A stretch of 64,000 nt of DNA from Paramecium tetraurelia (GCA_000165425.1 CT867990.1:62001-126000); one strand, 5' to 3'; positions 38,371 to 53,858 are shown, numbered from the stretch's first letter. Notes: generated from the letters alone by a model not told the origin. Translations and numbers: made by a program.

Positions 38371-41300
38371 ATGAATATTGAAGAGTTGAAGGAGTCATTA
38401 TAGAGATTGGTATAGTCATAGGAGTAAGTTAAAATGGATTATTAAAGTTGTCAGAATGATTTGGAGATAATATGGTAATAGATCCAACATTAAGTGGGTT
38501 TGGATTTGATATATCAAAGTGGAAAGGCAGTGATTGAATTGAGATAGTATGCGATGGGATGGAAGGTAAGTTTTACTGTGATTGAGGATAGTAAGCAAAT
38601 AGGATCTTGTCGCATATAGTGAAGGTGTGTTTAAGTGCGAAGGAACAGATAAAGGCATGGGAAACGATGAGGATTGTGATGGATCCAGACAAGCAAATAT
38701 ATAAATGTTATGAGTTGCATTAGATTGATGTAAATTAGGTATCAGTAATAAAACGATGAGATAGTTTTCACATCATGAATTTACACAGCATGAGTTTTGT
38801 GCAGAATTGCAAGAAGGTTAATAAGTGGATGCATTGTATGATGATGAGAAAGGAAATGTGATAGGTTGGTGTAGAGCGACGATTGACAAGTTGAATGAGA
38901 AATTTGTGTGGGTCAAATGGCATGAGAATGATGATAAGAGGAAGATTGTCAGATACTCCATGGATTTGGCACCATTTAAAAGCAAGGTTACAGATGAAGA
39001 ATGGCAATGGAGACATTCTCTATAGCCTGGAGATCTGATTGATTGTTTAGATAATAGACAATGGCAGAATGCTACTATTATTGCTGCATTGAAGGAGGAA
39101 GAAGTCGAATATATCGTTGGCTTTAGGGTTTATGATGAAAAAGGCAATCTCTATGATTAGATGGGCAAGAGATACTTCGGTTGGAATTCGCAATATGATG
39201 AAAGAATTCGAGCAGTTAGTCCTAGAATTCAGAAAAAAAATACCTTTTCTAAAGGTCAATATCCAATTCCTTATAGTCAGGAAGATATCATCCAGGATTG
39301 CAATGACTTCCTATATCCTGAGAATCACTATGCTATTCCCAGATTCTAGACAAAACAAACTCGTCGTTCAATTGTTCTTACTTAGATGATCAATGATTTT
39401 GGATCTTAAGGATTGTTTCAATATATTTTGGAATAAATCTAAGCTAAATGCACTATCGACTTTCTTCATCTTTATATGCAAGTTCTCAATAACATCCATG
39501 AAATGTTACACAGATAGTTTGTTAGTAATTATGTCCCTGCTTTGTAAGTTGCTGTGTAAAACAACATTTTATAGTCTACAGATAATAATCTGCGTAATTT
39601 CTCAGCTCAGAAAATTACAGACATTTTGCAGTCATTGTCCAATTTATTGAAAAGAGTGTACCCTATCTAAAGAAAATCAGAAATCATTGATAGATTTGAT
39701 TTAGATATTGCATATAAATGTTTCACTAGTGATTTTTTGGAGAGAAAAATCTAGGGATTGAAAGCCATTTAAGAATTGATCAAACGAACTAAAGACCTAT
39801 TTAATTAATATGGAATGCAAGAATACCAAAAGCAAGCTGCCATTCAAATGATACTGGAATGGTTGAATGAGAAGAAGATTTTTGAAACCTTATATGCTGG
39901 TTCAGGTAATTCCCATTTAGTTTAAAGAAGTGGGGAATTCTTTAAGTTCCTGATTGAGGAAAGAATGATTGGAATCCAGAACCTCAAGGATATTTGGAAT
40001 AGTTTAGAAAAGGCAGAATATGAACATAAATTGGCCATTTACAAATTATTTAAGGATGCCTCGAATTCTCTAGAGAAGGAATGGTTGGATTTCTTAACTG
40101 ACGAAATTTGTAACAGAGACCCTAAACAAGTGAACAAAGATGAATTGGATTTATTGTAAGATATTATTAAATCAAATCATAAGTATAAGGAGGGTTATAT
40201 TACAAAATGTTGTAATTACTATTGGAATGTCTTAAAGAATGGGTAATTGAATTAGACTCTTTTTGAGTACTATCTAGCTTAGTATATAGAGTAAGTGACA
40301 TCATTTGAAATGAGGCCACATAAGGGAGTACAAATTAAGATGATCGGAGAAAGCATAGTAAAATAAGAATCAGCTAGTATTGGATTGAGAGTGCTTATTA
40401 AATTGATAGAAAAGTTGGATATCTCGCCAGCAACTTGGGAATAATACACTCGTAATGGTGCACTAACAGATCTATAATCTTAATGTGGAATTATTGAACA
40501 AATATTTACATAAATTAGAGAAATCAAAAAGTAATAAATTAGCTTAGAGGAAATCAAAGTTAGAATGCAGTTTATATAAATGTTCTATTAGAACATTAGC
40601 ACTTATGAATATCGTCTAACATTCAATGTTATATCCACTCTATGGGAATTGTTAGTTTGCTAATCTGAATGTTAATCTGAAAAAGATCTAGTTTATAAAT
40701 GGTTTAGCTCATTGTCAAATTAGGATGGACAGTCTTAATTGACATCAATGGTTGAAATATCTGAACTTAAGACTTTTTTCATTTAGAAAATGGCTAATGA
40801 TTTGGCTCATTTGAATGAAGAAGGATTTAATTGTCTCAAGACTGTATTATCCACAATTAATAAATTTGAGAGTTTTGGTTTTGATGTCTTATGGTAAATA
40901 ATATTAGAAGGGGAAAATGAAAAAGTCTCTTAGATGGCTATTGAATATATCCATTCATTCTAAATGACTATTGAGGAATTATTTAATAAATTGTAAGAAA
41001 ATAAGATATAAAATTAAAAATTACTAAGATGTTTATTAGTATTAGAAGATTTCATAGATTAAAGTGAAGTAAATGGAGTTGGAAACTTAAAGAGTTTGAA
41101 TGCTCTCTCTTAAGGTGAAGAACTTTCAATCTAAATATAATATGAAAATAGTTAGTAAAGAAGATTTACAATAAAAATAAATGACAATTAAACAATTGTA
41201 GAATTACGATTGGCAATCAGTAAGGTGATTAAACTATAATGGGATGCCATAGGTTTGAATAGTCTTAAAGGTGAAATAAAGTTTACAGAGAATGGTAAGA

Positions 41301-44300
41301 TGATAAAGGATCTAAGATTAAAGAAAGATGAAATAATTATGGTTTTTAAAAGACAAGTGAAGGATGCCCCTGAGACATAATTATTGGATGGGGAGAACTT
41401 ATCAGAATAAGCTAAGGTAGTGTTCGCAGAAATCTTCAGTGAATATTCAACTGATGGCAAAATGACAAAAGAGAATTGTGCTAGATTTGTAACTGGATGC
41501 ACTGGTAATCCATGTAGTATTGATGATGCTAACATTTAACGAACATTTGAACAATATGATAGGGACAAAGATTAGATCTTAACTCTATAGGATTTCTATG
41601 ACTTTTATACTGATTCAGTCAGAACCAAAAGGTCGACTGTTTGGTTGAATTTACAAACCTTACACTATAGAAATGATTTAATAAGAGGAGATCGAGTACC
41701 TCTGCCTGAAATCAATGCTTAGCAATTACCAAGAGGATAGATTGTTTAAAATTAAGAATATTTAGAGTTGCTATTCGAATTCCTCTAAAATTCTAGCAAT
41801 GAGGTTCAAGAGAAAACTTGGTATCTATTAAGAAGATTACCACCTTCTCCTTAATTGATCAAGCAGATGTTAACATTTGAGAACATCACCTAACCAACTG
41901 ATTGGGATTCAATCTTAGTGAGCAGTCATTATAGATTGTTATACAGTTTGTATATTATTGAATTTCTGATGAACCAATAAGATTCCAATCATTTATAGGC
42001 ACTTATAGAGGATTAAGATATTCTCACATTAAAGGATAAATGGATGAGTAAGTTCTTGCAATTGGGGGGGTTTGATAGATTATTGCAGTTTTTCAAAGAG
42101 TATTAAGGTAAGAGTGTTAGTACCTTATCGCAAATAGAGAAGGAGATATTATCATTTTTATTAAACACATTTTAAAATTATATTATCGCTGCTTGTGCTG
42201 CTTACATTCCTAATCTGTATAAGGCATCAAGAGGAATTTAATTAATTAAACCATTGGATTAAGTGTTATTGGATATTAGATAATCAGAAGAGTCGGAAGA
42301 ATTTCAACTGTTGGTTTAGAAATTGAAGGAAAGTAAATTAGGAGATGATATTATAGAGAAAATCGAAAATTTCATCCCTGTTTTAATACATCTGATACAA
42401 GAATTGTTAAAATGCAATGAGTTGGAATAGGAAGACAGATAAATTATTGAACATAGCATAATAATTGTAATAGTTATATTGCTGAATAATCAGAAATTAT
42501 TGGCAACAAGCATTGAAAACATTGAATTTATCAACATATTTTTCAGTGGCATCTTTACTGGTACATCTGATACCTTGCGTAATCTATTTAGCAGAGCAAT
42601 TCTAGTACTTTGCCATGAAAGTTAAAAGAAAAACAATTAACCAACAAGAATCATGTTATAATAATTGATAGTGATGTAAAACTCTTAGGGTAATTCAGCC
42701 CAATATTATGAATTATTGAGTCAATTAATAGATAGTGCTTTTGAGACTGAAGAATCTTAACAATTCATTGATTATTAACAGCTAAGTCAATAAATGTTTC
42801 AAAATTTAATGAATTACAAAAGTTAGGAAAATAGATAGAAGAATACTCCTACTGATAAAATATTGGTTGGTTTGTTGAATCTTTTGACTAAGTTATATAG
42901 ATTCATTAAATAACCAATTGATGATATTATATTCAATAATTGTCTCTTCAGCATGTCAGAAGACAAGGAGATTAAATGCAAATCTGTAGAAAGCAGACAA
43001 GTAGCCTTTAAATTGCTCCATAATCTAGCTTAAAAATAGAACATTGATACAATAGTAACAAACCTACAACAACTAAGTTAAAAAATACCAACTATAAATA
43101 GATGGAATTACATCCCCTCAAGTGATATGAGAAGTCACCTTGGGTATTGTGGTATCAAAAATCTCAGGTGTATTTGTTACATGAACGCTATGTTATAATA
43201 ATTTTACATGATAAAACCATTTCGATATGGCATTCTGTAAGCTAATGATCACAAAGATGTCGATTTGTAATTGAGTAAAACAGGATTCACATATGATGAT
43301 AATGTATTACATCAGTTGCAATAAATGTTCAGTTATTTAGAACAATCAGATCGTATTGATTACAATCCTTAAGAATTTTGTGCAGCATTTAAAGATTATG
43401 CTGGTGAGCCAGTCAACATATTTGTTTAATAAGATGCACAAGAATTCTTAAATATGATTTTTGATAAGTTGGAGAATCTGTTGAAGGATACTGTCTATAA
43501 AAACATTATGGATGGAGTATTTGGTGGAAAGACTTGTACATTGATACAATGCTAAAATTGTAAGGTAACAAAAAGCAAGGAAGAAATATTTTACAATTTA
43601 TCTTTACCGATCAAGAATTTAAAGAATTTGTAGGAGTGTTTTGATAAATTTGTTTAAGGAGAGCTTATTTCTGATTTCAAATGTGAAAGTTGTAATTAGA
43701 AAGTGGATGTGAACAAATGTTAACAATTGGCTCATTTGCCAAATATATTAATTTTACATCTCTAAAGAATTGTATTTAATTTAGACACTTTTATGAATGA
43801 TAAGATCAATACAAGATTGGAATTCCCAATCGATTTAGATCTGCAATAATACACGATTAACAAAGATCAATGCACATCATATAAATTGGTTGGAGTAGTT
43901 GTTCATGTTGGTTCTGCTGATGTAGGACACTATTTCAGTTATATAGATATCAAAAATTAAGATCAATGGCTAGAATTTAATGATCATAAAATTAAGGAAT
44001 TTAAATTAAAGTAAATGGAACAAGAATGTTTTGGAGGATCAAGTAATTTTGACTATAATGATGTTTGGGGAACAGGGTTTAGAGAGAATTCTCAAAGTGC
44101 TTATATGCTCATTTATGAAAAAGTTCAGAAGGATCAAATATCTTTAGTATTCAATAATGAACAAGAACTGTAAAATCACATAGATTTATTTGATAATTAC
44201 ATAATCGATCAGAACTAAAAGAATGTATTATAGGTTGACTATAACTCATTGAAACCTTATATTCCAACTGAATATCAATAGAAAGTGAATTGCGATAATC

Positions 44301-46374
44301 AGCAATTTTTATTAGAACGCAACTTGTTCAATTAAGATTTCTTGAAATTTATTCTAGATGTCAGTGAATTTGTAAATGAAAGTAATGCATCCAAGATGAT
44401 AGATGTGTTAATTAAGTTTAATTACGATCTGTTGTCAAGAGCATATGAGAATTCATTGATGGATTAATTTAATGCCAAAATTTTATAATTAATTTAATAA
44501 TATCCAAGTATCAGTTACCTTGATTTGATTTACTTTGGTAAATTAAGCAAAGTAGTGGATTTACTATTAGTGTGTCCTGAAGCAAGGACACGAAAACACA
44601 TTAGCAAATTGCTATCAACTCTATTTAATCAAGCAATTTAGTTAGAAGGCTAAATCACATAGAAATTAAATGAAGGATTAGATCAGTTATTCTTAATGAT
44701 TCAAGATTAAGTACCTAAGAATTGGTCAAGATATGAGTTTTATTTTCAATTTTGGTTAGATTTTTTGTAAGGAGGTAGACCTTAATAAGAATATTTAATG
44801 AAAAAAAACATGGTCTTGTATATGATAGATTTTGTACTAGATAAAAGCAGTCCGTTGTAATTATATGAGAAAAAAGTTTAAATGGGTAATGCCTATGTGG
44901 CCATGAATATACAAATCTAACTTCAAATTGTAACTGCTCTTTTGAAACAAAATCAATAATTAAGTTTGAATGAGAAAAAATTATTATATTCTCCTAAGTT
45001 CTACGATAAGATATTGAAAACTAAAGTGGAAGATATCTTACCTGTGATATTAAGGTTATCTTATAAGAATAGGTACTTCTCTGAGATTATTTCTGGATGT
45101 ATTATGCGTGGTATGTCAAATGGGGATGTTGATGAATTCAAAAACTATTTATCTGTAGCTAAATCGTTTTTATTGATTGAAGATGATCTCTAAATTGAAA
45201 GATTGGAATGGTTAATTGGGATTCCATCATCCAAACAAAAGGAGACCACCAAGATTTATGATAATCAATTTTCCGATATAGCCTCGTTTGGTTTATATGG
45301 TCTATCAAGTTTGGAAGAAGACTATTGGACCTTTGCCAGTCCATTGGGATGGTCAAATTGTTTGTTTGATTACTTCTGTTCTCATAGGATGAGTAAAAAC
45401 AATGATATTCAATGTCTATTAATTCTTAAGTGTTGCCTCTCCATAAGTTTAGAAAGTCCAATTTGCTTCAATTACATCTCAAATCTGCCATGTGTGAATT
45501 ATCAATATGTAAATCAATATAATCTATTTATAGAAATATAATGAAGAAATATTCAAGTCCTTTTTAGAAACCTTCATTTTAGATACAAAAAGATTCTATT
45601 CTTAAAACAATCGTAAGTAGGAATCTGAAGAAGTTAAACTACTACTTGAAGAGTATCAAAAGAGATTAGATTAAATTCGAGATCCCACTAAACCTCAGTA
45701 TGATTATATCATTGGCAAATCTGTTGAAGTTGCCAAAGTAACTAAACTTCTGTATCTATTCAATCCAACCACCAAAGAGGAATTGACAGCAAATGAAGCA
45801 TCTCCAAACTTTAATTAAATCAAATCATAAATTGATGATGGAACACTCCACAAAATCATCACATTAGAAGTAAAAATCATTGTAATCGTAGGAAAAAGTC
45901 TACACTACATATGTTTGTGATAATCTACCTACTGGTTAAACCAATGAGGCATTACCTCAATAATATGTAAAAGGAACTTAAATACATCATTTTTCTGTTG
46001 ATCCAAATTCTGAAGCAGCCAATTTCATCCAATCTAAGGCATGGAGTGCAGAAAATGAAGACAAAGCAGTCGTATCTAATTCAAGGTTAGCTGAAACTGT
46101 CAAATAAGTTCAACTGATCAATAATACAAATCGAAATCTACATGTCATTCTTGAAATCAAAGGACCATAAACAAGTCATTACATTCCTACCTCCAAAATC
46201 TAATCTTTGATGAATCCTAAAATTATTACAACTATGTTCACAATTATCAAATAGAAAAGTCAAGATGAGTTCCCAAAATTAGAATTGACTTTGTAGTATA
46301 AAAAACAGGAACCTAGATCAGAATCTTATCTATATATATCAAATATAAATGAAATGAACTTGGAGTTGTTATGA
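38371..46374 (+). CDS. Giant ubiquitin C-terminal hydrolase (C19, USP9X/USP24/USP34-like)
   Basis: Cys box GYCGIKNLRCICYMNAMLQQ, QQDAQEFLN, His box YKLVGVVVHVGSADVGHYFSYI, WLEFND; about 2600 codons. Confidence 0.92.
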
Positions 46375-46603
46375 AAATTGAAGTATATATATTTACAATT
46401 ATTATTATTGTAAACAAATTTCGCTTATTAGTTAAAATTATAATTCTTGTAACATCTGATATCACATTTAAAAAAGAATAGCAAATATTTTACTTCTGGA
46501 ATTGATAAATGACCGAATTATTCATAATTTTAAATTCTTAATAGGAAATTGAAAATGATGAAAATATTTTATGAGATTAAGTAATATGATTTTATAATTT
46601 ATA

Positions 46604-49600
46604 TCACTTAGCAACTTTTTAACATTATTTCATTTTTGGTTTCCCATAAAAAAAATTATGATTTTCAGTACCGACACTCTCATTCAACGAATTAATGCTA
46701 AACCTGTCTCTATGAGGTGATAGACTAGAATAATTAATTTAATTGATTTTGTGTTCTTCATTAATAAGTGAGTCAGTCATTGCCCCCTTACTGTGTTCAT
46801 TGAGATGAGAAGAGTCTAGCATAGGGTTATGCAACTATTTTTATTCAATGGCTTCAAAATCAACAAAATTATATTCTTGCTTTTTCTTGATTGTTGATTT
46901 ATGTTTGATTGGACCAATTTGAAAGCGGTCAGTCTTTTGCGAATCCGGTAGAAAAAGTATTCTACCTTCTGAGTGATTATTATAGCCTTGATCTAGAAAC
47001 TTTAATTTTTTATTAGCCTTATGTGATTCAATATACTTGGAAACCTAGACTTAGAAAGTTTCAACATCTTCACTATTTAATGATATTTGATGTTATGATT
47101 CCATTATTATGTCTTCTTTCAATGTATCCTCATCTTGTTCGCTTTAAGAACTAATTTATATCAATTATTTGGGGTGATTGGAATTTTCACGTGAAATAAT
47201 GGCTTCCTAAATTTTTCCAATCGTCTTAGCGGAGTAGGATTTAAAAGTTCTAAAGATCATTAAAAGAAATAGATATTCCTATAAAATATTGAAATTTCCC
47301 TTAAGATGCATCATTTCATATATTGGATATCTTCTATCCAAAATATCCTAAATAACTTGAAAATAACTTACAAGTCTCTTGAAATGCAATCTGAAACGTG
47401 TATCTTTATCAATCTACTTCATTAGTTTAATGCCTTCAGGGTGGCCAGTTCTAAAGATCTAATCTCTATAAACATATCGAATAGTCTCGTAAAGTACTTC
47501 TTAAAAATGAATGTAACCATTTAAATCAGCCTTGATTTTAAAATTAGAAGCACTTTTGGCAGCATCCCAAATATTATCACCTGGAGCTGATCCTAAAGGC
47601 GGTCCCAATTCTAATAGAAAATGTGCTAAATATCTGGAATGCATCTAGGCTCCTTTAGTTTCTGTAGAATACTTGCACCAGGTAGTTCTAAAGGGATCAA
47701 TATTCTCGATGTAGGTTTATAAGACACTATTCTAAGAATTAAAGAATTCTACAGTTTAAATATATTGATACTTTCAAATTGATCTACCAATGCTGTAATA
47801 AATAGATTGAATGCAACAAAATTGGAAATAAGAACAAATGTGTAGAAGAATATATTTGCATAAATCCATTTAACTCCACAATAGCTAGGTGTTTCAGGTG
47901 TACAGTATTAATTGCGTTCTGAAACATCTATCATTATTCTAATCCAATTGTTTTTCGTACAGATCTTAAACAAAATCAGTAATGCCTTGCCAATATTAGT
48001 GAAGTTCATGTAATCTGTTACATATGCTCCTTTCTCAATCATACCGAAATACTCACATCCAATAAATCCATAAAATAACAGGATTGAAAAGAAGAAACAT
48101 AAAATTTATAGTAGAAATGAAGCAGAAAAGTTCAAAATTCTGAGCAATCTAGTCAATCCTTTGAATTATTGAATGATTAATAGAGTTCTTAGATTTCTAC
48201 AGGCAAATGCTAATCTGAGAATCAGGAAGTATTTATCATTGATCGTGGATTTAAAGTAGTACTAACTCCAATTAATCGTAAGAAATAGAATCAAATCGAT
48301 CAGAGCAATAATGCCCAAGATAAATTCAATTTCTCTCCAAATGTATCCCCAATACCTTCTAATACCAAATGCCAATATTTTTAAACATGTGTCCAGAATT
48401 AAAAAACAACTGAGAGCATGATATATGTATTCTAAAGTTTATAACAATTCCAACGAAGCATCATCGTAAAAGAAGGTTAAAATTCCTATAAATAATTATA
48501 ATCTCTTAAATACCAGTGTTGATAAATATCGTCAATAAGATCATTCTTTCATATAGACTTTATTTTATTATATTAGAAGCCAGTTTTCTGATAAATGACT
48601 TTGGAGGATCTGAATAATTTGGGACTTCCTTCTAAATGATCTCGGTTATATTGGCAAACAATTATTGATCATTTGTTAATATTTGTTTCTGTAATTTAGT
48701 CTTATAAGTTTGAAAATTGATGAACAAAATTCCTGCAAAAAAGCCAAGAAAGAAGAGCACTCCAACCAAGATAAATAACATAAAGTAAATTAAGGTCACC
48801 CATCTATTTCCATATAGAATGGGCCCTTGATCCTCTGCTCTTGAATTCAAACAAATTTGCATGATGTACACCCAATCATCGCAGGCTGTCATTCTATATA
48901 GAGCCAACATCGCATTTCCCATATTATCGAAATTGTAGAGGTTATTTACCCATTCTTCACCTTCCTCAATGCATTCTTACTTGTTGATTCCAAAATTCAA
49001 AGGATATTTGCAATAACTCATTTTATCCTTATAAAGCATGACGCCGAAGATTGCAAATATTAGCCACACCATTATTTACACAAATAGAATATTCATCAAA
49101 TCAACAATTGACTTTGATATGGCACTGTTGATATATTTGAGTTATTCGAATAAATATAGGAAACGAAAAGGTCTTGCGTATTTTATAGCCTTCAAATATT
49201 GAAACGCATCATATTTCACAATATAATTGGTGATGTAGCATAACTAATAAACAAAATCTATGAATCTCCAAAACTCACTTGTAAAACTTCCTTTATCTTT
49301 CATAAATCCTAATGAGATAATCTTTAAGATTGAATCAATTAGTAACAATATATTTGTAGTCAACTCTACATAATTTGATATTTAAACAATTAAATCTTTC
49401 GAGATCTTATTCTCGTAATCAAAATAAGTGTGGACACACATATTCAAAAGTGCAATAAAGAAAGTAAATTAAATTAGAGTGATGTACAATTAATAATTGA
49501 TACATCGATAACATAACTTTCTGAACTAGTTTTATTTACTAAAAATATATAATGAATTCTCACTCTCATTATTAGTAAAAAATTGAAATTTAGCGAATAG

Positions 49601-52600
49601 TTATTCTAATAATAATTCAATTCTTGCCGACAAATCAAAAAAATTATTATTCTAAATGACTTATTTTTCATCATCTTACTTAGTATCTTAAAAAACATCA
49701 TTCCCATTTGTATTCTTTTAGATAATTTCTTTAGGAGTAGCAACCTTATCACTGCTTAACGTTACTTCAGTCAGATTATCATTCCCCTCTAAAATTGAGA
49801 ACTATGAATCTAGTCTATCCTCTCCTGATTCCGTCTCATTCTCGTAGGAAGAAAATGAATCTAACACTATAGCCAAAATGAATCCTATTGTCATTAGATT
49901 TAGGACGTAAACGGAGATAACACTAAAAAAAGTAGTGCCAATCTTACTACTATATTGCGATCCTAGCATTACCATCCCAAACCAATCTTCATTTGCAGCT
50001 CGTACAAAAACTGTTAAAAAAGCAGCTGCAAGATCATCAAATGACTATTGTAAACCAAAATCCGTGTTAATTGGGAATTTACCTTTGTATAAGTTCATCC
50101 CTATAAAAGCAAAACAGAAAATTAAAGTAATCATCAAAAATATTAAATTGAGAAAAGAAGGAAGGGACTTTTTTGTAATCTTTGCTATCTTTAATGCGAA
50201 ATTATTATATTTGATTATTCGATATATTAGAAGTGCTTGACTAGAGTTTAATAAATCAAGATAAATGTTTCCTTTGCCAGAGTTTTAATTCACATATACT
50301 GATTAAATTATAGAGCATGTTAAAATGAAAGTATCAACAAAATTGTTGGCCCTTGTGCAAAATCTCTTAATGCCTTAAAATACAAGTTTTAGAAATAACT
50401 CACCAAGTAGGATAAATACAAAATAATCGTTGAGTTGTCTGATGATATTTTAATCTACATAACCTATCATACTAAGTAAAAGGATATTGATCAAAACTAT
50501 TAAATCAAAAAAGATTTGAGCAGATCGGTTCCTCAACATCAAATTTAAATTTTTTGATATTAAACTCCATACACATGAGAGATCTGGTGTTTTCCATTAA
50601 TAAATATCAATATTATTAAGTTAATGAAATATTTTTATCGTTGATGGAATCTTCTATTTGGATTGCAATACGCAATTTCCTGACCAATTATTTTTGTAAA
50701 CTATTCCTTATTTACATTCTTCCAATCTGTATTTAACAAACAAGTCCTCAAAATCCTACATATCTTCTTAAATTTCAGGTATTTACCTGTTGATCCTTTA
50801 TTTTACAAAATCTAAATCATAATAGGTGATTTTGTCAACTTTTTCTGTTGTATTATTACTCTTTTAGTTATTTGGGATAATCTTGATGACTTTATGATCA
50901 TAACTATTATTTTCAATTTTCACTGCTTTTTCATTTTTCTCACTTTTTTCATTATTTAATTGTTATTTCTATTTTGATTTCTATTTTATTGGTAAGCGAC
51001 CATGGGAATGATTGAGAGAGTTTTAATTCTACGATTTAATAAAGGAATAATCTGATTTTTTTAATCGATAGCAATGATTTAATACAGATTTTCTAATGAA
51101 CTCAAATTCCCTTTCCCTCTTCTTTTGTTGTTACTCATTTCTGATTTTGAAACTAAATATATCACCCTCTGAAGTGCTATTATATTAAAAGTACTTATTA
51201 ATAACGATTCTCCAAGAATACAAAGGCACTTTTTTGAAGGTCTAAATATAAAACAATTTTAAATATTCTTTATCAAAGGCATCATTTTAAATGAGCTTCT
51301 GCATGAACTGTTCCTTGTTCTATTCAAATAAGAATAGCTTTTCTAATTTAAAATTATCTATTAAATTTTCCAGTTTGCTCATGTTTGATTTAATACCTCT
51401 TTTTCGATTTTTGATTTCATCCTATTCTTTGGTTTGTCTGGCAGATAAATATTTAAATTTGTAATTTATAACCTTCTAATTATTATTTTAAAGGATTGTT
51501 TTAGCATAGGTAGTTTACTCATCTACCTCACGAGGTTTTTTTCTTACCCAATCCTACTATGAATTGTTCTTCAAATCAAAATCAATTGAGTGATCTTTAA
51601 TAATTCTTAGATTCAAGATAACTTCAATGCTTGCAGATAATTTTTATATGTCTTCATGCTGATATTTCAATAGTGTTTGCGAATAATAGATTTTAAGAAC
51701 AGCGATGATCAAATTGGCTCCAAAAATAGCAATGATAAAAATAAGAAAAATAAAGTATATGATGGCAAAATCATGAAATGTGAGCATTGCTAAATAGATG
51801 GGTTCTGTCCATTCATTGAATATCATCAATCGGACGACTTCTTAAAAAGAATAAAAGATGTCATCAAAATTAGTTGGAACATTTGGATTAGTTAAAGATT
51901 TGCAACATATCATAGAATAATCTTAGCATTCCAGATTATATCCGCACAAGTAGTTGGTTTAAATACCAGATTCAGCATGATAACATTTATATAGGAACAA
52001 TCCTTAAAATAAATGCATTCCGAATAAAGCAAAGAAGTATGAAAATATAACTACAATAAGGAGCGATTCCAGTAAAAATCTTAAGGAGTGCTTTAATGCA
52101 AGAAGCATTATCTGTAATCTCTTACTAAATACGCTAATAACTGATAATATTTTCAGCAATCTTGCAGTTGAAAAATCAATGATCATCAAAGTTGGGTAAT
52201 AATAATGGAAGGAAAAGAGAATGAGAATGATCATATCAAATACATTCTGTAAATCCCAAAAGAAATCTATTACGCCTTAGCCAATTAGTTTGAGAATGTT
52301 TTCTGCAATAAAGAAGAATAGTATAACTAAATAATATATTGAAATTACTTTATTTTTATTATCTAAGGCTGGCCTAAACATCAGTCTATAAATTTTCACT
52401 TTAACTTTCTATGAATACCATTATATTAAATATGATTGAAATTAATACCAAAATAGTAAAGATACGATGATTTATTATTTTATTGGCAGTGTTTGCAATG
52501 ATCCTGATGATGAAAACTATAGTTTTTCTTAGATAGACTAGAGGATAATTATCCCAATAAAATTGATAGTCTTTAACTATCCATTCGTAATCTTCCTTGC

Positions 52601-53858
52601 TTTGCCAAATAAGTGGATACGGATCATAAATTGGGTCTCGCTTATATTTTCTTTGATATTTTTATATTTAATGATCCTATTATGTAGTTGGATCTCTAAT
52701 TGTTTAGGTAAATTGCTTTTCTAAATATTCCTCCTCTTCATCAACTTCTATTTCAGATGATTGTTCGGATTAAGCAACAAAATTAGAATCGTCGTTGCTT
52801 AATTCAAATTTAAAATTATCAATCAGTAATTTCATTCTGTCACTCATAAATCCATGGTTTTGGGTTTTGGTAAATACGTTATCTAGTATTGATGTCATAT
52901 TAATATTGGAGGGACTATTTTGAATATTTTAGGGTTCATATGCTCTGTTTCCAAAGAAAAGCGATTCATTCTAAGCAACAGAATAGACACTCATTTGATC
53001 TCCGTCTATTCCTTTCAATTAATTATCATCTTTATAGTATTGGTTAAATAATTGCACAAAGGTTTTTCTGACTTTCTATTTAATCCTATTTCTTCCAACA
53101 GGCACAATTTCTGCACATTATTTTTCGAGTTCTTCAATTATTTATTTATATTAGCTTTATTCTTATTCAGGTATTCCTGCTTAATCTAATATTTTTACTA
53201 AGCTTTTCAACTCTTATGTATCAGAAACATTTTTCGATGTAGAAATAGATCTTTCCCTGTTATATTTGGTTGAAAAATTTATTTTACTCTAAAAACTACT
53301 TTTTTTGGAATACTATGACAGTTATTTGATGCTTTTCATACTTTTCATTGTCTATTTCATTTGGCTAGTCTAACTGTTCTTTAGAAATGAGGTTGCTTTT
53401 TATTTGCTAAATATTACAGGTCAATACCTGATTGATGACAGCTACTAATGCAGAGTTTTATGTATAAATTCCATCTGTTCATCTATCACTTTGTCGTAGT
53501 TTATTATCGATGCTGGTCCTTTCTACTGAATTTTGCTTTTTTTAGATGCTCCATCTGAGGAGGAATTGCTATCTGAAGATTCTGATAGGAATAAGTCTTA
53601 ATATTCATAAAATAAGTTATTCTGTCTATTCTTCTAGCTTTAGAGGGTTGCTTTTCTTTATTAACTAAGATTGTCGATAGACAATTTTGATCTTTGATTT
53701 CTTGTAATTTAAGATTGTGAGCCTATTTTCGAAGATTGCCTCTTTTGAAGCCTACGACTGGTTTATTCAGGCGTATTATGAATATTCTTATTATGGCTTA
53801 TTAGTTGGTCATCCATAATTGAAGACCTTCGATCCTATTGAATAATATTAGGAAACAT
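46604..53858 (-). CDS. Four-domain voltage-gated cation channel alpha subunit (Cav/Nav superfamily)
   Basis: Four S1-S6 repeats; pore loops IFNEW, AANEDW, TACDDW, CTKNNW; C-terminal GPPLG and YIHFQEVL; long disordered N-terminus. Confidence 0.92.
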
